Below, piece by piece: positions 53,799-63,495 of a stretch of DNA of 64,000 bases. The notes under the pieces are model-generated. The model was not told the DNA's origin. It ran no database searches and saw nothing but the letters and a program-made list of their open reading frames with translations. Location: positions 23,264-87,263 of the forward strand of contig CALRJY020000023.1 in assembly GCA_943367715.1 (NCBI GenBank). Reading direction: 5' to 3'. Each line of letters begins with the position of its first letter. Position 1 is the first letter of the stretch. Source of the stretch: Chitinophaga pinensis. GTDB taxonomy: Bacteria; Verrucomicrobiota; Verrucomicrobiia; Limisphaerales; JAEYXS01. The position numbers were made by a program, and so were the translations under genes.

Positions 53799-56700
53799 TC
53801 AAAGCGGTCGCGGCCTCCCCGCCCTCACAACCCTCAAGCTAAATCCCCTGCCATTCTCATACGGCTCAACCCTCGCCACCACCTCCAGCACCGGATATCG
53901 CACCGTCGCCAACCCATAGCTTCGGTAACTGGCGGCATACAGCTCCGTCTCCACCATCCCGGTCCAATCACACAAAGTCATAAACTTCATCGGTTCCCCG
54001 GTGACTTGATGATGGGTCCGTTGTTCGATGATCAGCCCACAGACAACCACTTCTTGGCCAATGAACTGATGCAATCTCGAAACCGGGCAATAGGTGTCCC
54101 AAGCAATGTCACAATACAGCTCCAAAGGATGACCACTCGCCGCAAACCCTAATAAGTCGGTTTCCCATTGCAACTTCTCCAATCGACCCGGCTCCCGCAA
54201 TGTCGTCATGGGAAGCTTGTCCAAGGAAGGTGGAGGTAACAGCCAACCCTGCCCTGGCTCTGCATTCGGGCCAAAGGTCTGATGAAGATACTGCACCTCC
54301 CAAAATTGCTGTGTCCGGGATTGTCCAAAGCAGTCAAACCCACCTACCCGCATCAAGGATTCCAGTTCTTCCATCGAAGGATGCACCCGTAGGTAGAAGT
54401 CTTTCAGGCAAGCGAAGGATTTCCGGTTAGCTTCTTCCAGCAACAGTTCCTTTACCCTTTCGGTCAGACCTTTCACTGCCGTAACAGGAACTCGGATCTG
54501 CCCCTGCTCCACCACAAAGTTAGGTCCAGGATTGTTGATCGTTGGAGGAAGCAAACAGATACCCAAGCGATGGCACTCCAAAACATAGACCAGCGGAGCA
54601 TAAAACCCCTTCCCGTTCGTCAACACACCCGCCATGAATTCCGCCGGATGATACCGTTTCAACCACGCCGCCTGATACGCTTCCACTCCATAGGCCGTCG
54701 AGTGAGCTTTGCAGAAGGCATACCCGTTGAAGCCGGTCACCAACTCCCATACTTCCACGATTTTCTCCTGCCTATGTCCTCTCGATATGGCTCCCGCAGC
54801 AAACTCTTCAGCCATCTCTTCAACCACCTTATGTTTCTGCTTCACCAACGCTCTCCTCAACACATCAGCCCGCCCAGGTGACATTCCGGCAAAGGCTTCA
54901 CAGATCTGGAGAATGTGCTCTTCGTAAATGACCAAGCCGTAGGTGCTCCTCAGGCATGGTTCCAAGGAGGAGTCAGGGTAATAAGGTGGCTCCATTCCCT
55001 GATAACGACGGGTGAACTCCTGCTTTTTGTTCTCGTTCGCTGCACCCGGCCGAATAACGCTCACAATCGCTATCAGACCGTCGATTTCCCGCACATTGGT
55101 CATACGGCAGAGAGATACCATGGCCGGTGATTCAATGTGGTGAACAGCCCGCGCTCCCCCACTGGCAATCACCTCCCACACCTCGGGATCTTCCCAAGGT
55201 TCCAATGCAGCCAGATCCACAACGATTCCTTTGGCCAGGAGAGCTTGAACGGCATCTCGCATCACTGCCAATCCGCCTTGAGCCAACACATCAGTTTTGA
55301 CCAAGCCCACCACTTCCACTGATTCCATGTCCAGCTGCGTAGTCGGCCAGCCTTTATTCGAGATGAAGGTTGGAGTCAGTTGTTGCATGGGTTGCCGGGA
55401 TACAACAACCCCACATGGATGCATTTTAGGATGGCGAGGAAACCCATCCAGAAAGGCAGCAGTCTCTACGGCGGTCTTGAATGGTTCCTGATCCAGTGGC
55501 AGATCCCGGCACTCAGGACTTTGCCTCAGCATTTCCAACAAAGCTGCACCCCTGACATTGTGATGATCCTCAGATACCCACCCTCCGCCAAAGCTCCAGG
55601 GAAAGTGTTCGGTGAAGCGTCTGATTTGATGATCCGATACCCCTAAGACCTTCGCCACATCCGCTACTGCTGACTTAGCTTTGAAAGTAGAGAACCCTCC
55701 TACGACTGCACTATGCTGTGGGCCGTATTTCTCCAGCAACATTTCTACCACGTCATCTTTGCGGTCATGAGGAAAATCCACGTCGATATCAGGCAACTTG
55801 TTCAGCGCCATCCGGTCTTTGTTGAGGAAGCGCCGGAAGTAGAGGCCAAATCGGATCGGGCAGACGTCAGAGATCCCTAGGCTGTAACAAACCAATGAAT
55901 CTGCTGCACTGCCTCGGGTGATCCATTCGATGCCCCGTTTACGACAGTCCTGAAGCAAATCCCAGGTGATCAAGAACAAGTCCTCGTAACCGACGTCCGT
56001 GATGATGGCCAGCTCGGTCTCCAGTTGGGCTCGCACCTGCGTTGTAGACACTGCTGTGCCTGCATCCGAGCGAATGACTTTGCCGTGATATCGTCGGTTC
56101 ATCCCTTCCACCGCCAGCCGGTGGAGGAAAGCGCGCGAGCTAAGTCCATCCGGTGCCCGATACGCCGGGAACTGGGGTTTGCCAAAGGGGAAGTCGAACT
56201 GACAACGCTCGGCCAATTCCATGGTAAGTGGTATCCCTTTGGTTGAGCATTCCTGTGCTGATCGAAAGTGATAGTGGCCACCTGTGCGTTTCTGAGGATG
56301 CTGCTGGTTGAGGAGTGTCAGGGTTCGGATGCTTTGAACGATATCGTAGCATCGCCGGTCTTCTGGCCTCGCGTAATGAACCGAGGGACAGAAGATTGCA
56401 CCCGGCTTCCCTGCCTCATAGAATCGATCTCCAAACACATCCCTTAGCGTCGTATCGGAACTGACAGCCAAAAGACCTCGATGATGAACTGATAGCAGGC
56501 TGAGGGGTATGGGTGCCTGTTGTTTGGCAGCCACACTCTCATCGTCAGCTCGCACAGCCTGTTTTGAGAGCAATCGGCACAGGTTCTCGTAGCCCTCAGC
56601 ATTCTGCACATAGAGAAGCAGTGGATGGTTGCCGAATCTCAACTCCACACCGATAACTGGTTTGATCCCTGTCTTTTGAGCTGCCTGAACGAACTCAACC

Positions 56701-58076
56701 ACCCCATGAAGGTTGCCGGTATCAGTCATGGCCACCGCAGGGCATTGATTCTTTACCGCCAAATCAACGATCTGCTGTGGTGAGATGATGCTGTCCAGAA
56801 AGGAGTAGTAGCTATGCATCCTTAGAGGCACATACGTTGATGCCTTCTGGACGATATGCTTTCTGGTGGGAACGATGCTTGTAGGCTTGGAAGCATCGAC
56901 TGGAGGTTTACGCAGTCGAAAGTCATGGCCTCGAACGATAACCAGTCTGCCTTTCGTCTCCCGTAGCTCATCGATAGCACGAGCCAGCTTTGAGCGAGCA
57001 TCACTTTGTTCTGCCCTTCGATCCAAGGCCAGTTCTGTTCGCTGATGCCCGGTGTAGAGATTGGAGAGCTTGAGGGACACGAGCCTGATACTGATGCGAC
57101 GTTTCCAAGCTGCCTTGAGCATCATCGTTAACCTGTTGTAGACATCGGTTTCCAGTTCCGTGGGTTCCAACAGGCTTTCACTCACCTGATCCTCGGCCAT
57201 GTCGTTGTATCTCACTTTCACGGTCAGGGTGCGGATACTTCGACTCTCAGCCCTTACTTTGGCGAACAAGTCATCAGCCATCCTTCGGAGAACAGCCGCC
57301 AGATACTCCTCATCGGTGACATCCTGGCCAAAGGTTTCCTGCTGGCCGAAGGTCTTTTGTGGTTCACTAACTGGAATGAGTGGCCGTTCATCAATCCCAT
57401 GAGCGTGCTGTCGAACGATTACAGCCTGCTTGCCTAGCACCAACTCAAGCAGATCCACGGGCGTCTCTGCTATCTGGCGGATGTAAGCGAGTCCAGCGGA
57501 GTTCAAACGGATGGCGGTTTTAGGACCAATGCCCGGTAGCCATTTGTTTTCCAATGGGGCCAGGAACGCCGCCTCTTCACCTAGGGGTATATGGTGTAGT
57601 GCAGCCGGCTTGTTGAGTTTGCTGGCTATCTGGCTGATCAACTTATTGCTCGCCACTCCTTCACTCACCGAGATCTTCAGCTTCTGCCTGATGGCCTTCC
57701 TGACGATCTGGGCCACCTCCTCAGCGGGTTTGGGACTGGCAGTGAGCTCGTAGTAGCCTTCATCGATGGAGGTTTGCTCAACGTCAGGGGTGAAGTCGTA
57801 CGGATAACTGAACATCCACCGGGAGAACTCTTCATACCGCTCATAGTTTCCGGGCAAGACGATGAGTTTGGGACACAGCTTTCTGGCTTGAGCAGTAGGC
57901 ATTGGTGTGCGGACTCCAAACCTGCGTGCTTCATAGCTGGCACTAGCGACAATACCCCGCTTTTCACCACCCACGGCAATCGGCTTACCACGCAGATGAA
58001 CGTCCGCTGCCTGCTCTACGGAGGCAAAGAAGGCGTCGGCGTCCAGATGAACGATGATACGGGGTCTTTCTGACAT
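53799..58076 (-). CDS. Fusion of a Y-family DNA polymerase (DinB/Pol IV-like, catalytic residues intact) with error-prone Pol III alpha (DnaE2-like)
   Basis: aa 1-~400: IIVHLDADAFFASVEQ, GIVASASYEARRFGVRTPMP, TSIDEGY, SEGVASNKLISQIASKLNKP, WLPGIGPKT. From about aa 415: the PHP domain YVPLRMHSYYSFLDSIISPQQIVDLAV..AVAMTDTGNLHGVVEFV, then Pol III alpha core motifs (PDIDVDF, FCKAHSTAY). It is one uninterrupted 1425-codon ORF. Confidence 0.9.
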   Translation of the reverse strand: MSERPRIIVHLDADAFFASVEQAADVHLRGKPIAVGGEKRGIVASASYEARRFGVRTPMPTAQARKLCPKLIVLPGNYERYEEFSRWMFSYPYDFTPDVEQTSIDEGYYELTASPKPAEEVAQIVRKAIRQKLKISVSEGVASNKLISQIASKLNKPAALHHIPLGEEAAFLAPLENKWLPGIGPKTAIRLNSAGLAYIRQIAETPVDLLELVLGKQAVIVRQHAHGIDERPLIPVSEPQKTFGQQETFGQDVTDEEYLAAVLRRMADDLFAKVRAESRSIRTLTVKVRYNDMAEDQVSESLLEPTELETDVYNRLTMMLKAAWKRRISIRLVSLKLSNLYTGHQRTELALDRRAEQSDARSKLARAIDELRETKGRLVIVRGHDFRLRKPPVDASKPTSIVPTRKHIVQKASTYVPLRMHSYYSFLDSIISPQQIVDLAVKNQCPAVAMTDTGNLHGVVEFVQAAQKTGIKPVIGVELRFGNHPLLLYVQNAEGYENLCRLLSKQAVRADDESVAAKQQAPIPLSLLSVHHRGLLAVSSDTTLRDVFGDRFYEAGKPGAIFCPSVHYARPEDRRCYDIVQSIRTLTLLNQQHPQKRTGGHYHFRSAQECSTKGIPLTMELAERCQFDFPFGKPQFPAYRAPDGLSSRAFLHRLAVEGMNRRYHGKVIRSDAGTAVSTTQVRAQLETELAIITDVGYEDLFLITWDLLQDCRKRGIEWITRGSAADSLVCYSLGISDVCPIRFGLYFRRFLNKDRMALNKLPDIDVDFPHDRKDDVVEMLLEKYGPQHSAVVGGFSTFKAKSAVADVAKVLGVSDHQIRRFTEHFPWSFGGGWVSEDHHNVRGAALLEMLRQSPECRDLPLDQEPFKTAVETAAFLDGFPRHPKMHPCGVVVSRQPMQQLTPTFISNKGWPTTQLDMESVEVVGLVKTDVLAQGGLAVMRDAVQALLAKGIVVDLAALEPWEDPEVWEVIASGGARAVHHIESPAMVSLCRMTNVREIDGLIAIVSVIRPGAANENKKQEFTRRYQGMEPPYYPDSSLEPCLRSTYGLVIYEEHILQICEAFAGMSPGRADVLRRALVKQKHKVVEEMAEEFAAGAISRGHRQEKIVEVWELVTGFNGYAFCKAHSTAYGVEAYQAAWLKRYHPAEFMAGVLTNGKGFYAPLVYVLECHRLGICLLPPTINNPGPNFVVEQGQIRVPVTAVKGLTERVKELLLEEANRKSFACLKDFYLRVHPSMEELESLMRVGGFDCFGQSRTQQFWEVQYLHQTFGPNAEPGQGWLLPPPSLDKLPMTTLREPGRLEKLQWETDLLGFAASGHPLELYCDIAWDTYCPVSRLHQFIGQEVVVCGLIIEQRTHHQVTGEPMKFMTLCDWTGMVETELYAASYRSYGLATVRYPVLEVVARVEPYENGRGFSLRVVRAGRPRPL

Positions 58077-58100
58077 ACGCCGGCCATCGTAGACAGGTCA

Positions 58101-58121
58101 CTAGGACATCCGCTGTCCTAG
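58101..58121. promoter_or_regulatory. Perfect palindrome CTAGGACA-N5-TGTCCTAG between lexA and the polymerase gene
   Basis: 8-bp arms at 58101-58108 and 58114-58121, inside the 50-nt lexA-polymerase intergenic gap. Confidence 0.35.
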
Positions 58122-58126
58122 GTCCC

Positions 58127-58768
58127 TTAATCTTTGGATTTTCTGATTAGTGCCCGGAATACTCCCTGGATCATCAGTTCTTCGGCAGGAACCAGATCAG
58201 GGTATTTGGGATTCTCGGCCTTGAGGTAGGGCTTACGGTTGCGCAGCAGGAAGGTCTTCAAGGTTGATTTCCCATCAATCAAAGCGGCAACTACCTGACC
58301 ATTACGGGGTTCAGGGCCGTGCTTCATCACCACAATGTCCCCATCGATGATGAACTTACCGATCATGGAATCACCTGTGACCCGGAGGGCAAAGGTGTTC
58401 CGGTTGGGCTTGAAGCCGATAGATTCCACATCCACAGAGACACAGCCCTCGGCATCTTGGACCCGATCTTCTGATAAACCAGCCGGGATTGAACCGTAGA
58501 TGGGGATATCGACAATCCGTTGCCTAAACCTTTGCAGTGGAGAGATTACCTGCAATGAACGTGCCCTGCCATTCGACTCACCTAGGTAACCCTTCTGTCG
58601 GATAAGCCGGAGATGGTCGGTCACTGTGCTACTGGTAGTGAACCCGAAATGCCGTGCTATCTCTCGGACAGATGGTGTCGAGCCTCGGTTCTCCTGCTCG
58701 CGCAGGACGAAATCGACAATCTGCTGCTGACGTTTGGTTAAGGATTCAGACATACCGCACAAATGCAC
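58127..58768 (-). CDS. lexA: LexA repressor (S24 peptidase)
   Basis: N-terminal winged HTH LTKRQQQIVDFVLREQENRGSTPSVREIARHFGF, then FALRVTGDSMIGKFIIDGDIVVM (catalytic Ser) and VAALIDGKSTLKTF (catalytic Lys). The likely start is the ATG at 58753 (MSESLTK). Confidence 0.9.
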   Translation of the reverse strand: MHLCGMSESLTKRQQQIVDFVLREQENRGSTPSVREIARHFGFTTSSTVTDHLRLIRQKGYLGESNGRARSLQVISPLQRFRQRIVDIPIYGSIPAGLSEDRVQDAEGCVSVDVESIGFKPNRNTFALRVTGDSMIGKFIIDGDIVVMKHGPEPRNGQVVAALIDGKSTLKTFLLRNRKPYLKAENPKYPDLVPAEELMIQGVFRALIRKSKD

Positions 58769-58815
58769 GGTATCCTGGTTTTCAGCAGGGTCAACGGAGA
58801 GTTATTCACAGGTGG

Positions 58816-60339
58816 CTACTTCTTCTTAGGAGAAACGAGTTGAAGCATTATTGTCACGTAGTCGAATGGGAGCTGTTTAAACAAGCCCTCATCGAAAATC
58901 CACTCACAGGAATACTTCAACATAGGGTCGTGGTCTTTTTGATTGAGCAATATACGTATCGCCTGCAGCTCAGGGTTTGCAAACTGCCCTGCTTGGTTGT
59001 GCAAACGAACCAGAAAACAATACACCCGTTCATACCATCGAACGAGTTCTGCTGCGCCAACGTCCCCGAATTCTTCCTTGGCTTTCGCATAGGCGCGCTG
59101 AAATGCTGATGCAACGATTAACCTCGCCCTGAGTTGATCATTGGATGGTTTTGCATAACGTTCAGCAACCCTGTTGATGAACTCTTCCACTGGTAAACCT
59201 TGCGCAAGCGGGTCGGATGATTTGAAGAATGCCGTGAAAGCAGTTTCCTTAAACGGCAGGATTTCCAGCTCAAGCAACTCACCTCGATACTGTTCCTTCA
59301 TTTCTGCCTTCTGATCTTCGCTTAGCCCATCAAGCCAGTCAGATTGATGCTTATCGAGCCCCTTCCTTTTCAGAAAAGCACGACATTTTTCCCATCTTGC
59401 ACTTAGGTCCAGCGTCGCGTCGTCTTCAAAGGCACCTTCGTAATCCCAGGCTTGCGAACACCAGTGGTCGATGGTTTTCAGGTTCGGCGGGCGATACTCT
59501 TTAAGCAGTTCTCGAACCTGTCGATGCTCATCGTCAAACCCACCACGCCCAGCCTGTTTATCCGATAAACCATGCGGATCATCAGGGTGAAATAATCTAT
59601 GCGCTACCGATTCCAACTTCACACCTAGCAGGTCCTGCCACCACTCCAAAAGGGAATTAATCGGATACTTGTCTCCAAGACCCTTCGCAATTCTGGATGG
59701 GGCATTGATGATTGGCAGATACCAAAATCGCCCAGCAGGCAAACCTCGCTCAAAATTGGAATCAGCGCGAACATACTCGAAAAGGTTCATCGCCAAGAAT
59801 GGGATCACAAAGGTTCTCAACCAATAAGCTAAAGCTGGCTTTTGCGGAGATTTCGATTGCCCTACTTTTTGAAGAAAATAGTCATGCCGCAGCAAGAACT
59901 CCAAACCGTCGTGCATAACCAACTCAGCCAGATTCGCAATACTGCCATCCGGGTTTTTCTTCCAGTTCACAGATTGCTGAGGAGGGAAATGTTCTGGGAC
60001 AGGGACCAGCAATCCATGATACTCCACCCAGTGTATCTTTTTGACAGGTCCTGAGCTCTTTTGGGCTACCACTGACTTCAACAATTCTCGCGCTTCCTTG
60101 ATTCCGATGAATGCACCTGCAACACCTTCGATTACACCCAACAAAACCTTTTCGTATCTCTTATGGGTTAATGTGCCTTTTCTAAGCTGTTTTAAATCAT
60201 CGTAGTCAAGCCCGTCGGCATTCTTAGGAACACCAAGAAAATCCACCATGCACCCTAAGACCGCACCCGTTGTCGGAAAACCGTTCGTAGTGAATGACTT
60301 TATTTTCATGTGATGAAGACCCCGGTTTGGACAGGCCAA
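58816..60339 (-). CDS. Hypothetical protein (507 aa)
   Basis: Long ORF ending 47-62 nt upstream of lexA on the same strand. No motif recognised. The likely start is MKIKSFTT (60309). Confidence 0.6.
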   Translation of the reverse strand: MACPNRGLHHMKIKSFTTNGFPTTGAVLGCMVDFLGVPKNADGLDYDDLKQLRKGTLTHKRYEKVLLGVIEGVAGAFIGIKEARELLKSVVAQKSSGPVKKIHWVEYHGLLVPVPEHFPPQQSVNWKKNPDGSIANLAELVMHDGLEFLLRHDYFLQKVGQSKSPQKPALAYWLRTFVIPFLAMNLFEYVRADSNFERGLPAGRFWYLPIINAPSRIAKGLGDKYPINSLLEWWQDLLGVKLESVAHRLFHPDDPHGLSDKQAGRGGFDDEHRQVRELLKEYRPPNLKTIDHWCSQAWDYEGAFEDDATLDLSARWEKCRAFLKRKGLDKHQSDWLDGLSEDQKAEMKEQYRGELLELEILPFKETAFTAFFKSSDPLAQGLPVEEFINRVAERYAKPSNDQLRARLIVASAFQRAYAKAKEEFGDVGAAELVRWYERVYCFLVRLHNQAGQFANPELQAIRILLNQKDHDPMLKYSCEWIFDEGLFKQLPFDYVTIMLQLVSPKKK

Positions 60340-60359
60340 ACCGGGGTATTTGTTTGGTT

Positions 60360-60554
60360 CTACTGACCACCGACTTTACCACCTGAACTTCCAGATGAAC
60401 CTGTGTTATGGGCAGCAGCTGACTGTGCTCTTGCTGCGAAGCTACCACTTGAAACCACACCTCCGTTTGCTTTAGCCGCATTGGATTGGATTCTTGACGC
60501 AGCAGATGATGTCATTTTACCACTTCCGCCTTTACCTGATCCTGACTTGCTCAT
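60360..60554 (-). CDS. Small Gly/Ser/Ala-rich protein (64 aa)
   Basis: ORF only. MSKSGSGKGGSGK... is low complexity. It ends 20 nt upstream of the 507-aa gene. Confidence 0.35.
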   Translation of the reverse strand: MSKSGSGKGGSGKMTSSAASRIQSNAAKANGGVVSSGSFAARAQSAAAHNTGSSGSSGGKVGGQ

Positions 60555-60664
60555 GTTGTTTGCCTTTCTTTTTCAGACTTCATGCCTGATGAGGAAGCAT
60601 TTATCACGATCCGCCCCACTCTGTTTAGGAGTCCAATTAGAAATTTCGCAAGAATTCGGCCACA

Positions 60665-61588
60665 TCAATCCTGGGTAATTGCCCTAATCGTCTTCAAAGC
60701 ATTCCCCTCGAACCTATTGTTGACGTAGATGAACGCCTTCTTGGACCGCTCCCTTGCTTTCTTCATCATCAGGAGAGCCGCGTTCCTGCCTTCCACGTAA
60801 ACCTCTTTGGTGTCTTGGTATGGGCTGAACTGCTTCACCGCCTCCTCATAGCTCCGGCCTGGCTTCAACAGCATCCTCGACACAACAAACTCATCACTGG
60901 TCTCTGAACCATCCATCGATATCTGCTCGTTTAGCTCAGGCATACCGGACCAACTGTTGAACACATGCGCTACCCGGTGCTTCCTCAAGACAGCGAAATA
61001 GTCAGGATGCAGGAAGGCTTTGTTACGGATCTCCACCCCATACCGCCACCCATCAGGCAACCGTCCTAGGAAACGATCCAGATCTTCAACAAAGTCCCTG
61101 CCATGCTCATAGTCTACAGGATAGAACCGGGAGAACTCGAACATCAGCACTCCTACGTTGTCTTTAACAGGCTCCAGTGGCCTCAGGAACGCGTTGATGA
61201 ACAAATCCGCGTCAAGGTACTGCTCGTTGGGTTTGCCAGCCTTGGAGCCAAACCGTGGAAGATTGGCGTACCGTTTGATCGTGATGTGGTCAGTTACCTT
61301 GAACGTGAACAGGAAATCAGCAGGAACATCTTTGATCAGGCCATCCAAATACTTGTCTGTGGGGAACTGGTAGTAGGCAGCATCGACGCACACGGTCTTA
61401 AACGTCTCCGCATATTCAGCCAGACACAACCGCTCAAACCTCGTCTCCGCAAACTTCCCTCGATAGACGTAACGGGCTTCATCGTAGAGCTGCCCGGTCC
61501 AGCCAGTGTATTTCCACGACGACGTACCAAGATAGATTCCATTGCTGGCCAGATCGTTTAACTGAGGTTTGAGGTCCAAGGAATCCAT
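60665..61588 (-). CDS. DUF72 (YecE-like) protein
   Basis: IYLGTSSWKYTGWTGQLY is the DUF72 N-terminal signature. 307 aa. Confidence 0.8.
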   Translation of the reverse strand: MDSLDLKPQLNDLASNGIYLGTSSWKYTGWTGQLYDEARYVYRGKFAETRFERLCLAEYAETFKTVCVDAAYYQFPTDKYLDGLIKDVPADFLFTFKVTDHITIKRYANLPRFGSKAGKPNEQYLDADLFINAFLRPLEPVKDNVGVLMFEFSRFYPVDYEHGRDFVEDLDRFLGRLPDGWRYGVEIRNKAFLHPDYFAVLRKHRVAHVFNSWSGMPELNEQISMDGSETSDEFVVSRMLLKPGRSYEEAVKQFSPYQDTKEVYVEGRNAALLMMKKARERSKKAFIYVNNRFEGNALKTIRAITQD

Positions 61589-61778
61589 AGGCTGTCTGGA
61601 TGCAGGTTAGCTAGCTGGACAGAGGCAGAAAATCAAAATCCTAACCTACAGCATCCGGCTCAAGCAACCTAGTGTACAAACTGGTGTACGGGAAAATGTT
61701 AAACTGATTTTGATGTCTAAAAGGGAGTAATTAGGCAAGAGCCGGTTCACGGGTTAGCGTACAGCAGGTTAACCGCTG

Positions 61779-62447
61779 CTAGCCCCCACAAACCTTGCAA
61801 GCCACTCCATCGTTTGGACCGCATGAACGCCCCTTACTGTTCTTGAAGTAACGGCAACCCGAGTTGTGGCGCTTACTGCTGGATAGCGTCAGCCAATGTG
61901 ACAGCGCCTGTTCCTGTTGCACCTTGGGCTTTTCAGTGACGTTAGCCTTACCGCCGCCATCTTTCCTGAAATCCCATGGCGGTATCGGATTGGCATCAGC
62001 CCACAACCCTCGTTTTGCTGTCTTGGCTTCAGCTTCGGCTGATTCGTAAGCTTTCTCTTTCTTGGCAAAATCTTTGTACCACCAAGCCATCCCGGTTTGT
62101 ACGATAGCGAGATTCAGGTTAGTTCCTGAGGACAGCGTAACCACACCCACCGTTCTGCCATACCGGTCCTTGTCCTTCTCCTCCACAGTCACCATTTTGC
62201 TGAAGCATTGGCTGCTCGTGAACTCCTTGGCTTTGCTTCCAAATGCCTGATGTGACTCAGGGGCATCAATGCCGTACAGACGCACCTTGATTGATTGCTT
62301 CTCGGCGGTCAGGACAGTGATCGTATCGCCGTCTGACACTCCCACTACCTTGCCGGTGAACTGGGCAGCCTGAATCACCCATGAGGCCAACAGGATGCCA
62401 ATGCCCAATGCGACTCTTCCCAATCTCATAAAACTACCTTTGTCCAT
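61779..62447 (-). CDS. Secreted thermonuclease (staphylococcal-nuclease fold) with a Cys-rich C-terminal tail
   Basis: Signal peptide LGRVALGIGILLASWVIQA. Also VVGVSDGDTITV, VRLYGIDAPESHQAFG, DRYGRTVGVV and RGLWAD. The tail is CRYFKNSKGRSCGPNDGVACKVCGG. Confidence 0.85.
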   Translation of the reverse strand: MDKGSFMRLGRVALGIGILLASWVIQAAQFTGKVVGVSDGDTITVLTAEKQSIKVRLYGIDAPESHQAFGSKAKEFTSSQCFSKMVTVEEKDKDRYGRTVGVVTLSSGTNLNLAIVQTGMAWWYKDFAKKEKAYESAEAEAKTAKRGLWADANPIPPWDFRKDGGGKANVTEKPKVQQEQALSHWLTLSSSKRHNSGCRYFKNSKGRSCGPNDGVACKVCGG

Positions 62448-62451
62448 ATCG

Positions 62452-63495
62452 TCAGCTCGATTGATTCTCCAAGACCCGCTCCCACCCTTCAGGCAAAGCG
62501 ATCAATACATCAGCTTTCACCCAGGTCTTCCCACCGGCATTGAAATTCTGGCGATAGGCCCATTCGGTGACCCGTAACGACACAGCCAGATCATTGACCA
62601 CTTCGTATCGATCCAACTCCTCCTTCAGCGATGGAACCCACGCTGTCTCCGACCACTTGGCGAGGTGATCGGCTGCTGCTAACCGGTCTGATTTGTTCGA
62701 ATTGCAGCTATCATGGGCCAGCACGAAGTTGTGGCCCAAATCAACTGGATATCTCGACCATGGGACGAAGTGATCAACATGGGCAACCCCCTGTCTTAAA
62801 GGCCCCTCACAGTAGAAGCACCGACCGGATTGGAAGTCGTTCAGGATTGGAGCCACAAGACCCAGATCTGCTCGGTCGCTGCCAAAGAGGAATTCCTGCA
62901 AATCAACCACACTGCCGAGCATCTCCTGGTTGAACTGCCGGATGTATCTCAGCCAGGCACCTTTGACCAGTTCTGACACCAACCCGTAGAACTTCCTGAA
63001 ACAAGCAGCTATTCCAGGCTTCAATGTGATGGAGGTCCCGGAGTCCAGATTGTCATACAGGAAATTTAATCGTTCGGTCCCCACAGTCTGCAACTTCCAC
63101 AAGGGCATATTACGGACGATTGAATCGACTTCCTTGACCAAAGTGTTCCATCTACTTGAATCCCTGGTAAGACCCAGCAGGGAGCCTTGGAACTCTTCCT
63201 GCGCTTCCCGTACCAATCTGATCATCCCGGCCTGCGTGCCAGTATTCTGCCGAAACACCTTCAACTCGCCGACCGGGTAAGGAGTGCATTGACGCCAGTA
63301 GTAACGGATCATTTTGACGGCAAGCTCTCTAGTAACGAGCTTCAGTTCCGAATCGTCATCCCTGCCCTTCTCCACCGACAAGTCAGCCAGAGCCATCAAC
63401 AGAGCGAACTTGTAGGTGGCAACGAACTGGCCCTCTGTAAGCAGCCGTTGAAGCTGAACCAAGAACTGAACTTCCTGCTGTGGGGTCAGATTCAT
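62452..63495 (-). CDS. HNH endonuclease with a ~220-aa uncharacterised N-terminal domain
   Basis: C-terminal CFYCEGPL...HVDHFVPWSRYPVDLGHNFVLAHDSCNSNKSDRL (CxxC...HxDH...N...CNxxK). The N-terminus is LTEGQFVATYKFALLMALADLSVEKG. The start overlaps the HIT gene stop (ATGA). Confidence 0.8.
   Translation of the reverse strand: MNLTPQQEVQFLVQLQRLLTEGQFVATYKFALLMALADLSVEKGRDDDSELKLVTRELAVKMIRYYWRQCTPYPVGELKVFRQNTGTQAGMIRLVREAQEEFQGSLLGLTRDSSRWNTLVKEVDSIVRNMPLWKLQTVGTERLNFLYDNLDSGTSITLKPGIAACFRKFYGLVSELVKGAWLRYIRQFNQEMLGSVVDLQEFLFGSDRADLGLVAPILNDFQSGRCFYCEGPLRQGVAHVDHFVPWSRYPVDLGHNFVLAHDSCNSNKSDRLAAADHLAKWSETAWVPSLKEELDRYEVVNDLAVSLRVTEWAYRQNFNAGGKTWVKADVLIALPEGWERVLENQSS

Noticed and set aside
58754-58815. 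Search for a canonical LexA box upstream of lexA
   Set aside because: I saw no CTGT-N8-ACAG, GAAC-N4-GTTC or TGTTC-N4-GAACA. There is only an imperfect palindrome ACCGTGCATTTGTGCGGT overlapping the start region (6 of 9 positions pair), which is too weak to call.
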